This document shows, one piece after another, positions 17,656 through 27,133 of a stretch of DNA of 64,000 nt. How positions within the stretch are numbered: position 1 is the stretch's first letter; each line of letters opens with the position of its first letter. A program made the translations under genes and the position numbers. The notes under the pieces were generated by a model that worked only from the letters and a program-made list of their open reading frames with translations, was not told where the DNA came from and made no database searches. The DNA lies in sequence record LR756502.1. One strand, written 5' to 3'.

Positions 17656-17797
17656 ATGAAAAATTTACATAACATATCAGTTGGAGTTATAGCGATAGGC
17701 GCGGGGAGCGTTTGTCTGTGGCTGAACTATGTTTCGTAAATAGTAAAATATTTATCATAAACTAACCCAGTCACAAAATGACTGGGTTTTTTATTTA
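17656..17797 (+). promoter_or_regulatory. Attenuator 5: leader MKNLHNISVGVIAIGAGSVCLWLNYVS (17656-17739) + terminator (17764-17797)
   Basis: Ile ATA x3, Gly x3, Ala x2; TGTGGCTG (17717-17724) pairs with CAGTCACA (17768-17775); followed by Ile(UAU)/Gly/Ala tRNAs. Confidence 0.8.
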
Positions 17798-17798
17798 T

Positions 17799-17871
17799 GG
17801 TCTATTAGCTCAATGGTCAGAGCAGGACGCTTATATCGTCAAGGTTACAGGTTCGAGTCCTGTATAGACTA
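17799..17871 (+). tRNA. tRNA-Ile(UAU)
   Basis: GACG-CTTATAT-CGTC. Confidence 0.85.
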
Positions 17872-17925
17872 CAAATGTCGGGTAAGGGAACTCACGGTGG
17901 GAGCACCGCCCCCTCGGCTCCAATA

Positions 17926-17947
17926 ATGAAGGAAAACATTAAACCCG
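17926..17947 (+). repeat. 22-bp direct repeat ATGAAGGAAAACATTAAACCCG (second copy 18801-18822)
   Basis: Exact copies bracket two tRNA-Gly and the GIY-YIG gene. Confidence 0.85.
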
Positions 17948-17966
17948 TCCAGCCAGACGTAAAATC

Positions 17967-18037
17967 GCAAAATGTAGCTTAGTGATAAAGCACCTCACTT
18001 CCAATGAGGGGATGGAGTTTGATTCTCACATTTTGCT
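17967..18037 (+). tRNA. tRNA-Gly(UCC)
   Basis: CCTCA-CTTCCAA-TGAGG. Confidence 0.8.
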
Positions 18038-18042
18038 CAATA

Positions 18043-18115
18043 GCAGTAGTGGTGTTAATGGTTAGCACAGGAGATTTCCACTCTTCTGGTGTCGGTTCGA
18101 ATCCGGTCTACTGCA
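18043..18115 (+). tRNA. tRNA-Gly(UCC)
   Basis: GGAGA-TTTCCAC-TCTTC. Confidence 0.85.
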
Positions 18116-18177
18116 CAAAAGAAAAAATTGTGGGTGATGGGACTTCAACTATTTTAATATATAAAAATAAAATAGTT

Positions 18178-18804
18178 ATGTATCATACAATTTATAAAAT
18201 AACAAATATACTAAATGATAAAATTTATATAGGCAAACACTCAACAGAAAATTTAGACGATAGTTATATGGGGTCTGGTTCTTATATTAGAAGATCCATA
18301 AAAAAATATGGAGTTGAGAATTTTAAGAAAGAGATTTTGTTTATATTTGATAGCTCAGAAGAGGCATATAAAAAAGAAATAGAAATTGTTAATGAAGACT
18401 TTGTATTAAGAACAGACACTTATAATATTATAACTGGAGGTGATTCATTTGAGGCAATTAACTCTAATGAAGAACTTAGAAAGGAAAAAAATAAAAGGGC
18501 AGCAGTATCAATGAATAGAATTAATTGGACAAATCCTGAGTTTATAAAAAGAAACCATGATAGAATGTCTGAACAAAATAAGAGATTATTTAATGAGGGA
18601 ATACTTAAAGCACCTGATTGGACAGGTAGAAAACACAAGGATGAAACCAAAATTAAACAAAGTATTTCAGCTAAAAAAAGAATTAGAGAGAAAAATAAAC
18701 ATTGTTGGGTATATCATTACGTAGATGGTAATAAAAAAATAAAAATATCCGAAATAGATACATATCTAATCAATGGATGGATAAAGGGAAGAATAATGAA
18801 ATGA
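18178..18804 (+). CDS. GIY-YIG (Seg-like) homing endonuclease inside the tRNA array
   Basis: IYKITN..KIYIGKHST..YMGSG; NUMOD3-like GRKHKDETK; true start ATG 18178. Confidence 0.9.
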   Translation: MYHTIYKITNILNDKIYIGKHSTENLDDSYMGSGSYIRRSIKKYGVENFKKEILFIFDSSEEAYKKEIEIVNEDFVLRTDTYNIITGGDSFEAINSNEELRKEKNKRAAVSMNRINWTNPEFIKRNHDRMSEQNKRLFNEGILKAPDWTGRKHKDETKIKQSISAKKRIREKNKHCWVYHYVDGNKKIKISEIDTYLINGWIKGRIMK

Positions 18805-18821
18805 AGGAAAACATTAAACCC

Positions 18822-18893
18822 GCGAAAGTAGCACAGCGGTAGTGCGATACCTTGCCAAGGTATAGGTCGTGGGTTCAATCCCCATCTTTCGCT
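18822..18893 (+). tRNA. tRNA-Gly(GCC)
   Basis: ATACC-TTGCCAA-GGTAT. Confidence 0.9.
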
Positions 18894-18898
18894 CAAAA

Positions 18899-18970
18899 GC
18901 AGTATTGGTGTTTAATGGTAGCATATCTGGTTCCATCCAGTAGGCGTCGGTTCGAATCCGGCACACTGCT
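18899..18970 (+). tRNA. tRNA-Gly-like with 6-nt anticodon loop
   Basis: CTGG-TTCCAT-CCAG; Gly-type GCAGTAT acceptor, U73. Confidence 0.6.
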
Positions 18971-18978
18971 CAAATTAT

Positions 18979-19058
18979 TGGCGAGTACCAGTGCATCCTT
19001 ATAAGATGCATACCTGTAGCGGTCGTTGAAAACGTGGGTTCAAATCCCACCTCGCCAA
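18979..19058 (+). tRNA. D-armless tRNA-like RNA, Ile(UAU) anticodon
   Basis: TGGCGAG/CTCGCCA; TGCATC-CTTATAA-GATGCA only 6 nt after the acceptor; long variable region; normal T-arm. Confidence 0.7.
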
Positions 19059-19068
19059 CAAAATTAAT

Positions 19069-19143
19069 GGGGGCGCATGTTCCAAGGCTTAGGCGAATGA
19101 CACTTGCAATGTCGTTGGGGGATTTCGATTATCCTCGCTTCCA
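19069..19143 (+). tRNA. tRNA-Ala(UGC)
   Basis: G3:U70, GACA-CTTGCAA-TGTC. Confidence 0.85.
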
Positions 19144-19152
19144 CTAAAATAT

Positions 19153-19226
19153 GGGGCTATGGTGACAACTGGCTAACACGCGGCATTTGCAATGCTGAGA
19201 TCTCGGATCATTCCCGGGTAGCTCCA
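19153..19226 (+). tRNA. tRNA-Ala(UGC)
   Basis: G3:U70, CGGCA-TTTGCAA-TGCTG. Confidence 0.85.
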
Positions 19227-19544
19227 CAAAAAATAATAAACACTATGAAAGTAGATAAAAAGAGGAGAAAGTTACAAGAAAGACTTGAGTTTTTGGAGAA
19301 TGAAATGATTGTAAATTTAACAAAGAAAACTTCTAATACGAAGGAAATCGATGTTCCTACTTACAACAGAAAGATCCAAGAACTTAGAGTAGAACTTTCA
19401 AAACTAAAATAAGAAAGAAAGAGGAAAACAGGCTATGGACGCAGGTCAGTAAAACAAAAAATTGAAAGAATCGAAAGTAGAAAAATCGAAATTGGTTCTA
19501 AACACAGAAGAAAATTAAAAAGATATTCGGATAATTTTAATCGA

Positions 19545-20015
19545 ATGTTCCTATTCTTCTTTAGCTCCAATAGAAGAGGAGTTATAACCTTTTGTGGGAC
19601 ACATACAGATGTTATATTTGATCCGAATGGACCAGATTGTAAAGAGTGTTTTAGATTATTTGAGGATGGGTTTTATAAAAATAAGCCAATAACATCGAGG
19701 CATCCGAATATTGTAAAATCTGTGTTGATTGGTAAGAAGGGTTGGGGTCTTTGGGTACAGGAATGGACAGATGGGATAGTTGATTGGACGTTCACTAAAG
19801 AGGAGATACTTGGTAATTTTGAAAATAATAAAATTGAAATACCTGACTCATTCTTAAAGGAATTTGAGAATGTGTTGGATAAGAAGAAAAGAAAAAGAAA
19901 TTTAAGAGATTGGGGATTTGAAAACTTTACTCCTATTAATTACGTAGAAGTAAAGGAGGTCATAATTGACCCAAAAGAAATAGAAATGTTACATTCAGGA
20001 GGAATGTGGGTATGA
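19545..20015 (+). CDS. Hypothetical protein
   Basis: ORF track. Confidence 0.55.
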   Translation: MFLFFFSSNRRGVITFCGTHTDVIFDPNGPDCKECFRLFEDGFYKNKPITSRHPNIVKSVLIGKKGWGLWVQEWTDGIVDWTFTKEEILGNFENNKIEIPDSFLKEFENVLDKKKRKRNLRDWGFENFTPINYVEVKEVIIDPKEIEMLHSGGMWV

Positions 20016-20221
20016 TAGGTATGACGATATTTAAGAACATAAAAGATGGTAAGCTATATACACTTTACAACGCAAGTAAGGATGTAAACTTGTATATCGC
20101 AATGCCTTATAGACATAAAGGTGTGCCAATAATGTGTTGTGTTGTATCTGAATTTATTCCAATATCAATGTCTGATATAAAAACCTCTGGGTTTATGTAA
20201 ATTAACTAATAGAAGTCAAAA

Positions 20222-20593
20222 TCATTCCCACCTCTCTAATTTTTTTATTATTCTAATTTTAATCGAATATACTCGATCGAAATTAGAATAGTTTGATTCT
20301 GGGTAGAAATTTATCTTCATTCCTATAAATCTTTCCAGACTATCCTTTATTCCTTTTAAGTAATCATGTATATCCCTTTGTTCTGACCAAGTAAGGTTTT
20401 CGATATTTATACCACAATATTTTTGAAGAATTGCGTATTCCGCCCAGTATTTATATTGTGGTTTCTCATTCGTTAATCCTTTATATCTTACTATATCATA
20501 CTTATCAAAAATGTCTTGGATATAGTCAATCATATTATCAAGTGAATTTGAATCTAATATCTCAAATAATTTAAATTCTTTAAGATATTTCAT
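20222..20593 (-). CDS. Hypothetical protein with N-terminal tag (MKYLKEFKLFE)
   Basis: Shared N-terminal motif. Confidence 0.6.
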   Translation of the reverse strand: MKYLKEFKLFEILDSNSLDNMIDYIQDIFDKYDIVRYKGLTNEKPQYKYWAEYAILQKYCGINIENLTWSEQRDIHDYLKGIKDSLERFIGMKINFYPESNYSNFDRVYSIKIRIIKKLERWE

Positions 20594-20886
20594 TATTCTG
20601 AAAAGAAATTTGTTATGACTTTAGCTCCTACTCCTAAAACGTTTAATGAAAAAATAATCCAAATTGTATAATTATCTGGTATAGGTGCTCCCATCATAAT
20701 AGCTGATAATCCACTTGTTCCAACGAGTACGGAGTCCCCTATCTTCCTCCATTTTATTGGAGTGGGTGCTGTGTATTTCTCAGTTAGAGTTTTTACTTTC
20801 AAAGGCTTATTACCTCCGGGGAGTAGTGGATTTGGTGACATAAAGGTTATAATTTGTTTCTGTATATATTTTTTCCATAAAGTCAA
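20593..20886 (-). CDS. Small membrane protein (holin-like topology, unassigned)
   Basis: Two hydrophobic segments near the C-terminus. Confidence 0.4.
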   Translation of the reverse strand: MTLWKKYIQKQIITFMSPNPLLPGGNKPLKVKTLTEKYTAPTPIKWRKIGDSVLVGTSGLSAIMMGAPIPDNYTIWIIFSLNVLGVGAKVITNFFSE

Positions 20887-20908
20887 TTTATTTTTCTATA
20901 TTTGTAAA

Positions 20909-21316
20909 ATGTTAACAAAAAGCGTTGAGTATGCAATAAAGTCTCTAATACTTATTAAGTGTCAGGATTCCCATATTAGTGTTGATCAAATCAGTAAAAA
21001 ACTGAGTACTCCGAAAAACTTCACATCTAAAATTTTACAACTTTTAGTAAAAAGAGAATATATTATATCCCAAAAAGGACCAGGTGGTGGATTTATTCCT
21101 AATGACTATACTCGCACTATAAAAGATCTTATAACTGACGTTGATGGTGAGTTTAAATATGATAGATGTGTTTTGGGTTTATCTGCTTGTTCTGACTCAA
21201 ACCCTTGTCCACTACACGATTACTTTAAGCCAATAAAATCAAAAATACTTGATGAATTTATGGAAGTATCAATCGAAGAAATTTGCAAAAATCCAAATAA
21301 AGTACTTAAACTTTAA
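20909..21316 (+). CDS. Rrf2 family transcriptional regulator
   Basis: YAIKSL..KILQLLVK..SQKGPGGGF, CVLGL..CSDSNPCPLH; start ATG 20909 after TAnnTTTG. Confidence 0.88.
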   Translation: MLTKSVEYAIKSLILIKCQDSHISVDQISKKLSTPKNFTSKILQLLVKREYIISQKGPGGGFIPNDYTRTIKDLITDVDGEFKYDRCVLGLSACSDSNPCPLHDYFKPIKSKILDEFMEVSIEEICKNPNKVLKL

Positions 21317-21385
21317 TATTTTTTATTATATATAAAAAGGGATATAGACATCGTTTTATATCTTAAAAAAATATAATAAAAATTT

Positions 21386-23899
21386 ATGATAGATGAGAAA
21401 ATTTCTAATTTTAAAATTGACACAAAGTTTGTAGATGAGTTCAGTAAAGAGATATATGAGCAAACATACAGATACGGACTAGAAGACATAAATCAAACAC
21501 AATTAAGAGTAGCTAAAGACTTAGCTTCTATCGAAAAAGACCCAGATTATTGGACCCAGGAATTTCTTTGGGCCTTGGAAGATTTCAAATTCTCACCTGG
21601 AGGTCGAATAACATCAAATGCTGGTACTGGATTAAAAGGAACAACCTACATAAACTGCTTTGTTGATGGTTTTATGGGGGAAGATCAAGACTCAATGGAG
21701 GGAATCCTTGATGCTCTTAGAAGACAGGCTCTTATTTTAAAATCAGAAGGTGGTTATGGATTTTGTGCTGATGTGATGAGGCCTAGAGGATCATTTATTA
21801 ATGGCATTGGGAATGAGTCACCAGGATCTGTTAGAATGTTGGATATGTGGGACACTCAATCTGGTGTAATAACAGAGGGAAGTGGTAATAAGACTAAGAA
21901 GGAAAAGGGAAAGATAAAGATACGCAAAGGTGCTCAAATGGTAACAATGTCTTGTTGGCATCCTGATATCGAAGAGTATATAACCGCAAAACAAACACCT
22001 GGCCGCTTAACAAAATTTAATATGTCTGTTCTTATAACTGATGAGTTAATGGATGCTGTTAAAAATAATAAACCATGGGTATTGGAGTTTCCTGACTATG
22101 ACTTACATCCATCAGAGTATAAATCTAACTGGGATGGTAATATTAAAAAATGGAAAGCTCTCGGATATGCAACATCAATATTTAAGACATATGATAATGC
22201 AAATCAGTTATGGGATATAATAATGACATCAACATACAATAGAAATGAACCAGGAGTTCTTTTTGTTGATACGATGAATAGGCTAAACAACCTTTACTAT
22301 ACCGAATATATTACTGCGACAAACCCATGTGGTGAACAAATACTTCCAATTGGTGGGGTTTGCTTACTTGGGTCTATTAACCTTACACAATTTGTTGATT
22401 TTGAAAATAGAAATTGGGATTATGATAAACTAAAGAAGCTTATACCGATAGCTATAAGATTTATGGACAATGTAAATGATAAGACAAATGTGCCTTTGCC
22501 ATCACAGAAGGAATCTCTAGTTAATAAAAGGAGAATTGGTCTTGGTTTACTTGGATATGGGTCTGCTCTAATGATGATGAAGATGAGATATGGATCTAAA
22601 GAGGCTCTTGATCTTACAGAAACACTTATGGAGTTTTTGGCAAACCAGTCCTACCAGTCGTCTGCACTTCTAGCTTCTGAGAAGGGGTCATTTAAACTAT
22701 TTGATAAGGATAAATACCTGGATAGTAAATTTATAGAACAAGCTTTGACCGAAGAAACTAAAAGTATGATTAGAAAGTATGGTCTAAGAAACTCACACTT
22801 ATTATCTATACAACCAACTGGTAATTCATCCGTATTTGCTAATAATGTTAGTGGTGGATTAGAACCTCTATTTATGCCAAAATATATTAGAACTACAATT
22901 ATGCCATATGCTCCTGATGGATTGGATAAACCAAGAAATATTGATTGGGATAATAAAACATTTGAATCCGACTCAATCTGGACCTGGATAAAAGAAGGTG
23001 ATGAGAATTTGATGAGAACTGAGTTTGGTGGATATGTTTGGAAGTTTGATAAATCTAGGGGTTTATTAAGAGAGAATGTTGTTATGGACTATGCTGTTAG
23101 ATTTTTGGAATCAAAGGATCAATGGGATCCAAAGGCTGACTGGGCAGCTACAACAACCGAATTGAGTATTGATGAGCATATTAATACTATGGCAATTATG
23201 TCAAAGTATATTGATTCTGCTATGTCAAAGACTGTTAATTTACCAAACGATTACCCATACGAAGACTTCAAAAAACTATACATCGATATGTATAACACTG
23301 GAACTATAAAGGGTGGCACAACATATAGATCTGGAACAATGACTGTTGTTCTTTCGGAGAAGTCAAGTGATGCTGATGATGTGAAGATAGTTAAGACAAA
23401 TGCTCCAAAGAGACCAAAGTCTTTGAGTTGTGATATTAATCACTTGACCGTACAAGGTGATAGATGGATAGTTATTGTTGGATTACTTGGTAAGGACCCT
23501 TATGAGATATTTGCATTTAGAAAGAAAAACATTAATCTATCTGATAAGATAAAGGATGGTAAGCTAACAAAGGTAAAGAGTGGAAAGTATAACCTTGAGC
23601 TTGATGGGTTTACATTGGAGGATTTGAAGGAACATTTTGAATCTGATGAGCAAGAAGCATTGACAAGAATGATATCAACTTCTCTTAGACACGGTGCTGA
23701 TATTAATTTCATATATGATCAATTGCAAAAGTCAGAAGGAACAATAGTTTCGTTCTCAAAGGCTATATCTAGAACTCTTAAGATATATCTGAAAGAGGGA
23801 TCTGTTGGTTCTTGTGACAACTGTGGTTCACCTGACGGGTTGGTGATGCAAGAAGGATGTTTTAAGTGTAAGGATTGCGGGTACTCAAAATGTTCTTAG
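21386..23899 (+). CDS. nrdJ: Class II (B12-dependent) ribonucleotide reductase
   Basis: PGGRI, INCFV, TNPCGEQ, CLLGSINL, QPTGNSS, SKTVN; C-terminal CxxC..CxxC; no beta subunit nearby. Confidence 0.88.
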   Translation: MIDEKISNFKIDTKFVDEFSKEIYEQTYRYGLEDINQTQLRVAKDLASIEKDPDYWTQEFLWALEDFKFSPGGRITSNAGTGLKGTTYINCFVDGFMGEDQDSMEGILDALRRQALILKSEGGYGFCADVMRPRGSFINGIGNESPGSVRMLDMWDTQSGVITEGSGNKTKKEKGKIKIRKGAQMVTMSCWHPDIEEYITAKQTPGRLTKFNMSVLITDELMDAVKNNKPWVLEFPDYDLHPSEYKSNWDGNIKKWKALGYATSIFKTYDNANQLWDIIMTSTYNRNEPGVLFVDTMNRLNNLYYTEYITATNPCGEQILPIGGVCLLGSINLTQFVDFENRNWDYDKLKKLIPIAIRFMDNVNDKTNVPLPSQKESLVNKRRIGLGLLGYGSALMMMKMRYGSKEALDLTETLMEFLANQSYQSSALLASEKGSFKLFDKDKYLDSKFIEQALTEETKSMIRKYGLRNSHLLSIQPTGNSSVFANNVSGGLEPLFMPKYIRTTIMPYAPDGLDKPRNIDWDNKTFESDSIWTWIKEGDENLMRTEFGGYVWKFDKSRGLLRENVVMDYAVRFLESKDQWDPKADWAATTTELSIDEHINTMAIMSKYIDSAMSKTVNLPNDYPYEDFKKLYIDMYNTGTIKGGTTYRSGTMTVVLSEKSSDADDVKIVKTNAPKRPKSLSCDINHLTVQGDRWIVIVGLLGKDPYEIFAFRKKNINLSDKIKDGKLTKVKSGKYNLELDGFTLEDLKEHFESDEQEALTRMISTSLRHGADINFIYDQLQKSEGTIVSFSKAISRTLKIYLKEGSVGSCDNCGSPDGLVMQEGCFKCKDCGYSKCS

Positions 23900-24258
23900 A
23901 AAACAATATTGTACTTTATATCAAATGATCTATCTCTTAGATGTACATTTAGCTTTAGATTTTTAATAAAATCGGGCTTTACAATAAATGTATTCTTCTT
24001 AGTTAGCTTTAGGTAGTTGTTAATAAACATATCTGGATTATCAACCTTTTTTGATAAGTCCATTTTTAACACATCAATACCTTTTGGATCTTTATTATAG
24101 TTAGCAATGGTATCAACTATTGCTAACTTTTTTTGATCATCTTTTATTTCCTGTGCCTGAACCTTACTTATACCCAGACCTAGTAAGGCTGAAAGAAGTA
24201 GTGTTTTAATATATCCCACTTCTTCATTTACGAAGTCATTATATTTTTTTATTATCAT
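23896..24258 (-). CDS. Hypothetical protein with N-terminal tag (MIIKKYNDFVNEE) and hydrophobic segment
   Basis: ORF track. Confidence 0.55.
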   Translation of the reverse strand: MIIKKYNDFVNEEVGYIKTLLLSALLGLGISKVQAQEIKDDQKKLAIVDTIANYNKDPKGIDVLKMDLSKKVDNPDMFINNYLKLTKKNTFIVKPDFIKNLKLNVHLRDRSFDIKYNIVF

Positions 24259-24288
24259 AATGTATATATTAATTTTTTTTGTATATTT

Positions 24289-24885
24289 GTGAATATGATG
24301 ATTAGAGTTTTAGATAAGATTCCTAAAGGTGATTTTGGATTGGCTTGTTCAGGTGGTGTGGACTCAATGGCTATTCTTGACTTCCTGCTAAAGGGTGGAT
24401 ATAACCCACAAGTTATTTATTTTAACCACAATACAAAGCATGGTGATGAAGCTGAAAAGTTTATCACCGATTATTGTTTGCATAATAGATTAAAACTAAC
24501 TATTGGTCGTACTGACCTTAAACCTACTTCAAATAAAGAAAAGATTTGGAGTGATGCTCGATATGAGTTTTTTTCTAAATTTGAATTTCCTATTATCACT
24601 TGTCATCACTTAGATGATTGTGTTGAAACATATATATTTACTATGTTGCGTGGGTTTCAATCAGTTATTCCATACACAAAGGGGAATGTAATTAGACCAT
24701 TCTTATTGAATGAGAAACATGTATTTTCTAGTTGGTGTAATGATAAGGGAGTTCCATTCATTGAGGATGAGTCCAATTCAAGTGTAGATTATTCAAGAAA
24801 TAGAATCAGACATAATATTGTCCCGGAAGCTTTGAAGGTTAATCCAGGATTAAAGACGGTTGTTAAAAAAATGCTTATGAAATGA
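24289..24885 (+). CDS. tilS: tRNA(Ile)-lysidine synthetase, catalytic domain only
   Basis: ACSGGVDSM, HHLDDCVET, IRPFL, YSRNRIRH. Confidence 0.88.
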   Translation: MNMMIRVLDKIPKGDFGLACSGGVDSMAILDFLLKGGYNPQVIYFNHNTKHGDEAEKFITDYCLHNRLKLTIGRTDLKPTSNKEKIWSDARYEFFSKFEFPIITCHHLDDCVETYIFTMLRGFQSVIPYTKGNVIRPFLLNEKHVFSSWCNDKGVPFIEDESNSSVDYSRNRIRHNIVPEALKVNPGLKTVVKKMLMK

Positions 24886-25268
24886 GAATCTATAGAATTA
24901 CTTGTCCCGTGCTCCGACACGGGTCACCACATTCATTTGATTCTGATGATGATATTGAGTACGAATACTTGACTGATAAACTAGATTTGAATCTTATAAA
25001 TATAAAATTGAGGCTTAAATATCACGGAACTTTGCAATGTCGCTCTTCCGATATAAAAAGGATTAATATGGTTGGTGGTTCGGTTATTTATCATGCACCG
25101 TCAATATACTTTGATAAATTTGTCTATATTATTGACTCTGATTATGATAGTAATAGTAAAAGTTCAAATGATTATGTTGATAGAGTTGGTAATAGGAATG
25201 ATATTGAGTTATATGAAAGTCTTAGAATAAGACTAAGAGATGTAAAAATTAATGAAGTATTAAAATGA
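24882..25268 (+). CDS. Hypothetical protein with C-terminal tag (LRDVKINEVLK)
   Basis: ORF track. Confidence 0.6.
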   Translation: MRIYRITCPVLRHGSPHSFDSDDDIEYEYLTDKLDLNLINIKLRLKYHGTLQCRSSDIKRINMVGGSVIYHAPSIYFDKFVYIIDSDYDSNSKSSNDYVDRVGNRNDIELYESLRIRLRDVKINEVLK

Positions 25269-25861
25269 GTAGTTATTACGAAAAGTTTTTGAAACCCTGT
25301 CCTGTTTGTGATGGCTCTATTACGGATGATTCCTATGATAGGGGAATTAGATTTGGTTGTAAGTCTTGTGGATATACTAAGTCATATCCTGGATTGATTC
25401 AAAGTAAAGTAAGTTCAGTTCCTATGCCGATGGTTGATGGTGATGGAATGCCGATAGATCCAAAAGATGTTAAGCATCAGGAATACTATCACCAAAATGC
25501 TAATGATTTTGCTGTTGCTGAATTTAACAAGTGGGTTGATGATAGAAATTCTTGTATAGCTAGAAATTCTAAGATAGAGGATGTATTGAAAAAATCATAT
25601 GTTCTAAACGTTATTATTAATGGATTGACTATTTCAGTTGTTGGTATTTTCGATAATATGGAAGACCTTAATAAGGCTATCGATAAATGGGAATCTGTTA
25701 AAGAGATTAACTTTGAATTCTATTTCAATGAGTTGGAGTTTAACAAGGATGACTTATCTATGAATCCGGAAAGACACTTCACAAGATCGGAAATGGAAGA
25801 CATTCCCAAGGATATTATAAGAGATACTAAATTGAACAATATACTAAGTGAGAAAATTTAA
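25265..25861 (+). CDS. Zn-ribbon protein with internal and C-terminal tags (ARNSKIEDVLK; IRDTKLNNIL)
   Basis: CPVC..CKSC; probable fusion of two tagged modules. Confidence 0.6.
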   Translation: MSSYYEKFLKPCPVCDGSITDDSYDRGIRFGCKSCGYTKSYPGLIQSKVSSVPMPMVDGDGMPIDPKDVKHQEYYHQNANDFAVAEFNKWVDDRNSCIARNSKIEDVLKKSYVLNVIINGLTISVVGIFDNMEDLNKAIDKWESVKEINFEFYFNELEFNKDDLSMNPERHFTRSEMEDIPKDIIRDTKLNNILSEKI

Positions 25862-26246
25862 AACAATTTGTCATAATAATCAATATAAGGATTGTGGTGT
25901 AACTCCTGAACAAAGGGATAGGGAAAGCGGAGGATTTTTAATAGCTGATTCTCGACCAACAAACTCCGGTACATTGATGCAGTTTAAAATGGGTAGAACA
26001 GCTACAACAATCGGAATATCATCAGAAAAAATACCACTTGAAGTTGGAAAAGAATATGACGTTGCTTATGATGGTAGTGGGTACTCAATAGTTGACACTG
26101 AAGGATCTCTTATCTATTTAATGACGGAAGATGAAAAAATGATTTCACTTTATAGTGAGGAAAGTATTATGGGTATTAGATTTAGTGACTTTTTTTATAC
26201 AGAGGAACAACTAAGGGATAATAAAATTAATAAAATATTGGATTAA
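25848..26246 (+). CDS. Hypothetical protein with C-terminal tag (LRDNKINKILD)
   Basis: ORF track. Confidence 0.6.
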   Translation: MRKFKTICHNNQYKDCGVTPEQRDRESGGFLIADSRPTNSGTLMQFKMGRTATTIGISSEKIPLEVGKEYDVAYDGSGYSIVDTEGSLIYLMTEDEKMISLYSEESIMGIRFSDFFYTEEQLRDNKINKILD

Positions 26247-26474
26247 TCAAATCGAAATGAATTATAAAGAAGTACCACATGAAAGAATAATCACTGAGAG
26301 GTCTAGTGATGAATTACGTAAGATGATAGAATACGGACACTTAAGAGAGAAGAAGATTGCAGAAGATATTATTCCGGAATTAGATCAAGTTACTGATATA
26401 CTCTCGGTTATGTCTGATGGTGATCTATCACATGTACTAAACCATATATCTAGGGAGGTTAGACGCAAAAGAAA

Positions 26475-26699
26475 ATGATAGTTGTGTGTATTAACAATCA
26501 TAATGATGGTAACTATCTAACCGTTGGTCGTAAATATGATGCTTCTTTAACTGCACATCCAAGCGCGAAACTTAATTCTGATAAATTATATTATCTTTTG
26601 GTAAATGATCATGGAAGGAAATCATTTTATGATATAAATGATTTTAAGTCAATTGATTTGATTAGAGATGAGTATATTAATAGTATTTTAGTAGATTGA
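26475..26699 (+). CDS. Hypothetical protein with C-terminal tag (IRDEYINSIL)
   Basis: ORF track. Confidence 0.55.
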   Translation: MIVVCINNHNDGNYLTVGRKYDASLTAHPSAKLNSDKLYYLLVNDHGRKSFYDINDFKSIDLIRDEYINSILVD

Positions 26700-27133
26700 A
26701 AGAAATACCTTAGTTTTAAATCTAATTAGTCTTAGTAATAATACGATTGATATTCTTCCTCTTCTTTCTTTTCTCCACTTTCTATATTTTCTAAACTTTC
26801 TCTCCTTAAAGGCCTGGACAACCTCATATTCTTCGTGTTTAATTAGATTACTCATAAATACATTTAGAAGTCTAGTTCTTCCAGCATAATTGAAATTACC
26901 GTCATGAACTCTCTTATCATATAATAGGAATAGAGCCTCTATCTTCTTATTTATTGCCTCGTCTTTGTGAAACCTCTTACTTTTATATTTTGTTATACTA
27001 AACATAGGCTATTTTATTTTATTTATACGTTATATAATCCAAACAAGTTATCACCTATTATTATGCGGTAGATTTTAGATATAAGCGGTATAAACCTCGT
27101 ATTATATATTAAAAATATAATATATAAATCATT

